The notes beneath the pieces are model-generated. The model did no database searches. It had not been told where the DNA came from and worked only from the letters and a program-made list of their open reading frames with translations. A stretch of DNA of 32,000 nucleotides. It comes from Erysipelotrichaceae bacterium. GTDB lineage: Bacteria; Bacillota_I; Bacilli_A; Erysipelotrichales; Erysipelotrichaceae. The DNA is taken from NCBI GenBank assembly GCA_963676105.1, contig OY781039.1:1530001-1562000 (forward strand). The letters run 5' to 3'. Positions 30,041 through 32,000 of the stretch are shown piece after piece; within the stretch, counting starts at the first letter, position 1; the number at the start of each line of letters is the position of its first letter. The position numbers and the translations under genes are program-made.

Positions 30041-31020
30041 GTAAGTGGAAAATTGGCGACATTGAGATCGAGAATCAAGTGACTATTGCGCCAATGGCGG
30101 GCATAAGTAATGGCGCTTTTAGATCTTTGGTTGCTCATTATAAACCCGGTATTATATATACCGAAATGGTCAGTGATAAAGCCATTGTTCATAAGAATGA
30201 GCGAACTATGAAGATGTGTGAAGTGTATGAGGGTGAACATCCGATTGCTTTACAACTCTTTGGTGAAGACATCGAATCGATGACTGAAGCAGCCATCTAT
30301 TTAGATACACAAACAAATTGTGACATCATAGATATAAATATGGGCTGTCCTGTGCCTAAGATAGTTAAGGGCTCAGGAGGAGCTTCACTAATGAAAGATC
30401 CTGATAAGGCGGTCGCGATTGTTGAATCCATTGTGAAGAATGTTAAAAAACCTGTAACGGTTAAAACACGTCTAGGATGGGATTCAAAAAGTTTAAATGT
30501 TGTTGAATTTGCGAAACGCTTAGAAAAAGCAGGGGCACAAGCGATAGCGATTCATGGACGGACACGCGTACAAATGTATGAAGGTGCTGCTGATTATAAA
30601 CTCATAAAAGAAGTTAAGGCAGCAGTAAGCATTCCAGTCATAGTGAATGGTGATATTACCAGTGTTGAAAAAGCACATGAAGCTTTGGAATATACCGGCG
30701 CTGATGCTTTAATGATTGGGCGAGGGGTACTTGGAAGACCTTGGTTCGTTAAAGAAGTTATGAATAGTCTAGATGGTACATCCATTGAACAAATAAGTAT
30801 CGATGAGCGATTTGAAATCGCATTACTCCATGCGAAACGTTTAGTTGAACTCAAAGGGGAAAACCTTGGGATTAAGGAAATGCGGGGGCAGTTAGGTTGG
30901 TATTTAAAGGGTTTACCTAACTCACATCGAGTAAAAGATGAAATCGCAAAGATGAATAGTTTAGAAGATTTTGATAGAATAATTAAGAATTATCAAAATG
31001 AATTAAAAAATAAGGATTAA
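30037..31020 (+). CDS. dusB: tRNA-dihydrouridine synthase (DusB-like)
   Basis: 327 aa. ATGA overlap with hslO. APMAGISN, catalytic-Cys region DINMGCPVPKI, and IHGRTR. Confidence 0.9.
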   Translation: MSKWKIGDIEIENQVTIAPMAGISNGAFRSLVAHYKPGIIYTEMVSDKAIVHKNERTMKMCEVYEGEHPIALQLFGEDIESMTEAAIYLDTQTNCDIIDINMGCPVPKIVKGSGGASLMKDPDKAVAIVESIVKNVKKPVTVKTRLGWDSKSLNVVEFAKRLEKAGAQAIAIHGRTRVQMYEGAADYKLIKEVKAAVSIPVIVNGDITSVEKAHEALEYTGADALMIGRGVLGRPWFVKEVMNSLDGTSIEQISIDERFEIALLHAKRLVELKGENLGIKEMRGQLGWYLKGLPNSHRVKDEIAKMNSLEDFDRIIKNYQNELKNKD

Positions 31021-31023
31021 ATT

Positions 31024-32000
31024 ATGGATATTGAACGTACAGAACAAGAATTAGTTCGCATTGAAAAAATGCAAGCTTTAAAAGAGAAAGGTATTGAACC
31101 ATTTGGTTCAGCTTTTGAAAGAACTCATAGAAGTTCAGACATTGTTAAAGCGAATGCGGACAGAAGTAAAGAAGAACTCGCTGAATTAGACCAAAAAGCA
31201 GTCATTGCAGGTCGTATTATGACAAAACGTGAAATGGGTAAAGCTGGTTTTATGCATCTTTTAGATCGTGATGGTCAAATGCAAGTATATCTTCGTAAAG
31301 ATGCATTAACTGAAGAAGAGTTTGATCTATTTAAAGAAGCAGACTTAGGTGACATTGTTGGGGTTGAAGGAACTATCTTTAGAACCAATCATGGTGAACT
31401 ATCTGTTAAGGCAAGTAAATTAACACATTTAAGCAAAGCGCTTAGACCGCTACCTGATAAATTTCATGGTTTAAATGATATTGAAGAGCGATATCGTAGA
31501 CGTTATGTTGATTTAATTGCCAATGAAGAAGCAAGAAAAATCGCCATACTTAGACCACGTATTATTCGTGCTTTTCAACATTACTTTGATGGCTTAGGCA
31601 TGATTGAAGTAGAAACACCAGTACTACAACCTATTTTAGGGGGTGCTGCAGCACGTCCATTTGTGACTCATCACAACACTTTAGATATGGATTTCTATCT
31701 ACGTATCGCAACTGAATTACCACTTAAACGCTTAATAGTAGGTGGACTTGAAGGTGTGTATGAAATTGGAAGACTCTTCAGAAATGAAGGGATGGATAAA
31801 TCTCATAATCCTGAATTCACAACGGTTGAAGCCTATTTAGCTTACAGCGATATGCAAGGGATGATGAAACTAGTTGAAGGTTGTTTAGAGTTTGTTTCTA
31901 TGGAAACATTAAATACAACAGATATCTTCTGGAATGAAAAAGAAATTTCACTTAAAGGACCATTTAATCGTGTGCATATGGTGGATGCGGTTAAAGAAGC
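31024..32000 (+). CDS. lysS: Lysine--tRNA ligase, class II (5' part, truncated by the window end)
   Basis: The frame is open from ATG 31024 to the window end. N-terminal OB-fold anticodon-binding region (VIAGRIMTKREMGKAGFMHLLDRDG) and class II motif 2 region YEIGRLFRNEGMDKSHNPEFT. Confidence 0.93.
   Translation, partial: MDIERTEQELVRIEKMQALKEKGIEPFGSAFERTHRSSDIVKANADRSKEELAELDQKAVIAGRIMTKREMGKAGFMHLLDRDGQMQVYLRKDALTEEEFDLFKEADLGDIVGVEGTIFRTNHGELSVKASKLTHLSKALRPLPDKFHGLNDIEERYRRRYVDLIANEEARKIAILRPRIIRAFQHYFDGLGMIEVETPVLQPILGGAAARPFVTHHNTLDMDFYLRIATELPLKRLIVGGLEGVYEIGRLFRNEGMDKSHNPEFTTVEAYLAYSDMQGMMKLVEGCLEFVSMETLNTTDIFWNEKEISLKGPFNRVHMVDAVKE

Overview
AT-rich chromosome segment of the low-GC Firmicute type. 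It uses the standard genetic code: TAA, TAG and TGA all act as stops, and Trp is TGG. Nearly all of it is core housekeeping. I call 40 CDS, 37 on the + strand, packed tightly with many 1-4 nt overlaps. Gene order: truncated CDS, M24 Xaa-Pro aminopeptidase, DUF1934-argS, rpoE, pyrG, murA, GNAT, VOC/glyoxalase, [minus strand: radical SAM/SPASM-like, yaaA], Dps-like ferritin, rpmE, tdk, prfA, prmC, [minus strand: XRE regulator], membrane protein, tsaC, rpiB, glyA, upp, atpIBEFHAGDC, DUF1146, mreB/mbl, MazF-fold ORF, tilS, hpt, ftsH, hslO, dusB, lysS (truncated). The order is largely collinear with two separate Bacillus subtilis 168 blocks (argS...mbl and tilS...lysS), fused and compacted here. 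I found no rRNA, tRNA, CRISPR array, IS element or long repeat. I do not see a clear multi-gene novel system. The parts most worth a second look are small: (1) a pyrG leader with all hallmarks of CTP-sensing reiterative-transcription attenuation; (2) a yaaA / radical SAM pair divergent from a Dps-like ferritin; (3) an XRE regulator and membrane protein, divergently arranged with palindromic operators, lying between prmC and tsaC; (4) a MazF/PemK-fold ORF with an N-terminal extension, no antitoxin gene and an altered catalytic Arg, sitting at the mbl|tilS synteny junction; (5) an ATP synthase c subunit with a Na+-binding-type signature; (6) several genes without a Shine-Dalgarno sequence that have extended -10 boxes 6-11 nt from the ATG and may be leaderless. 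All functional calls rest on motif recognition by eye. No database search was run.
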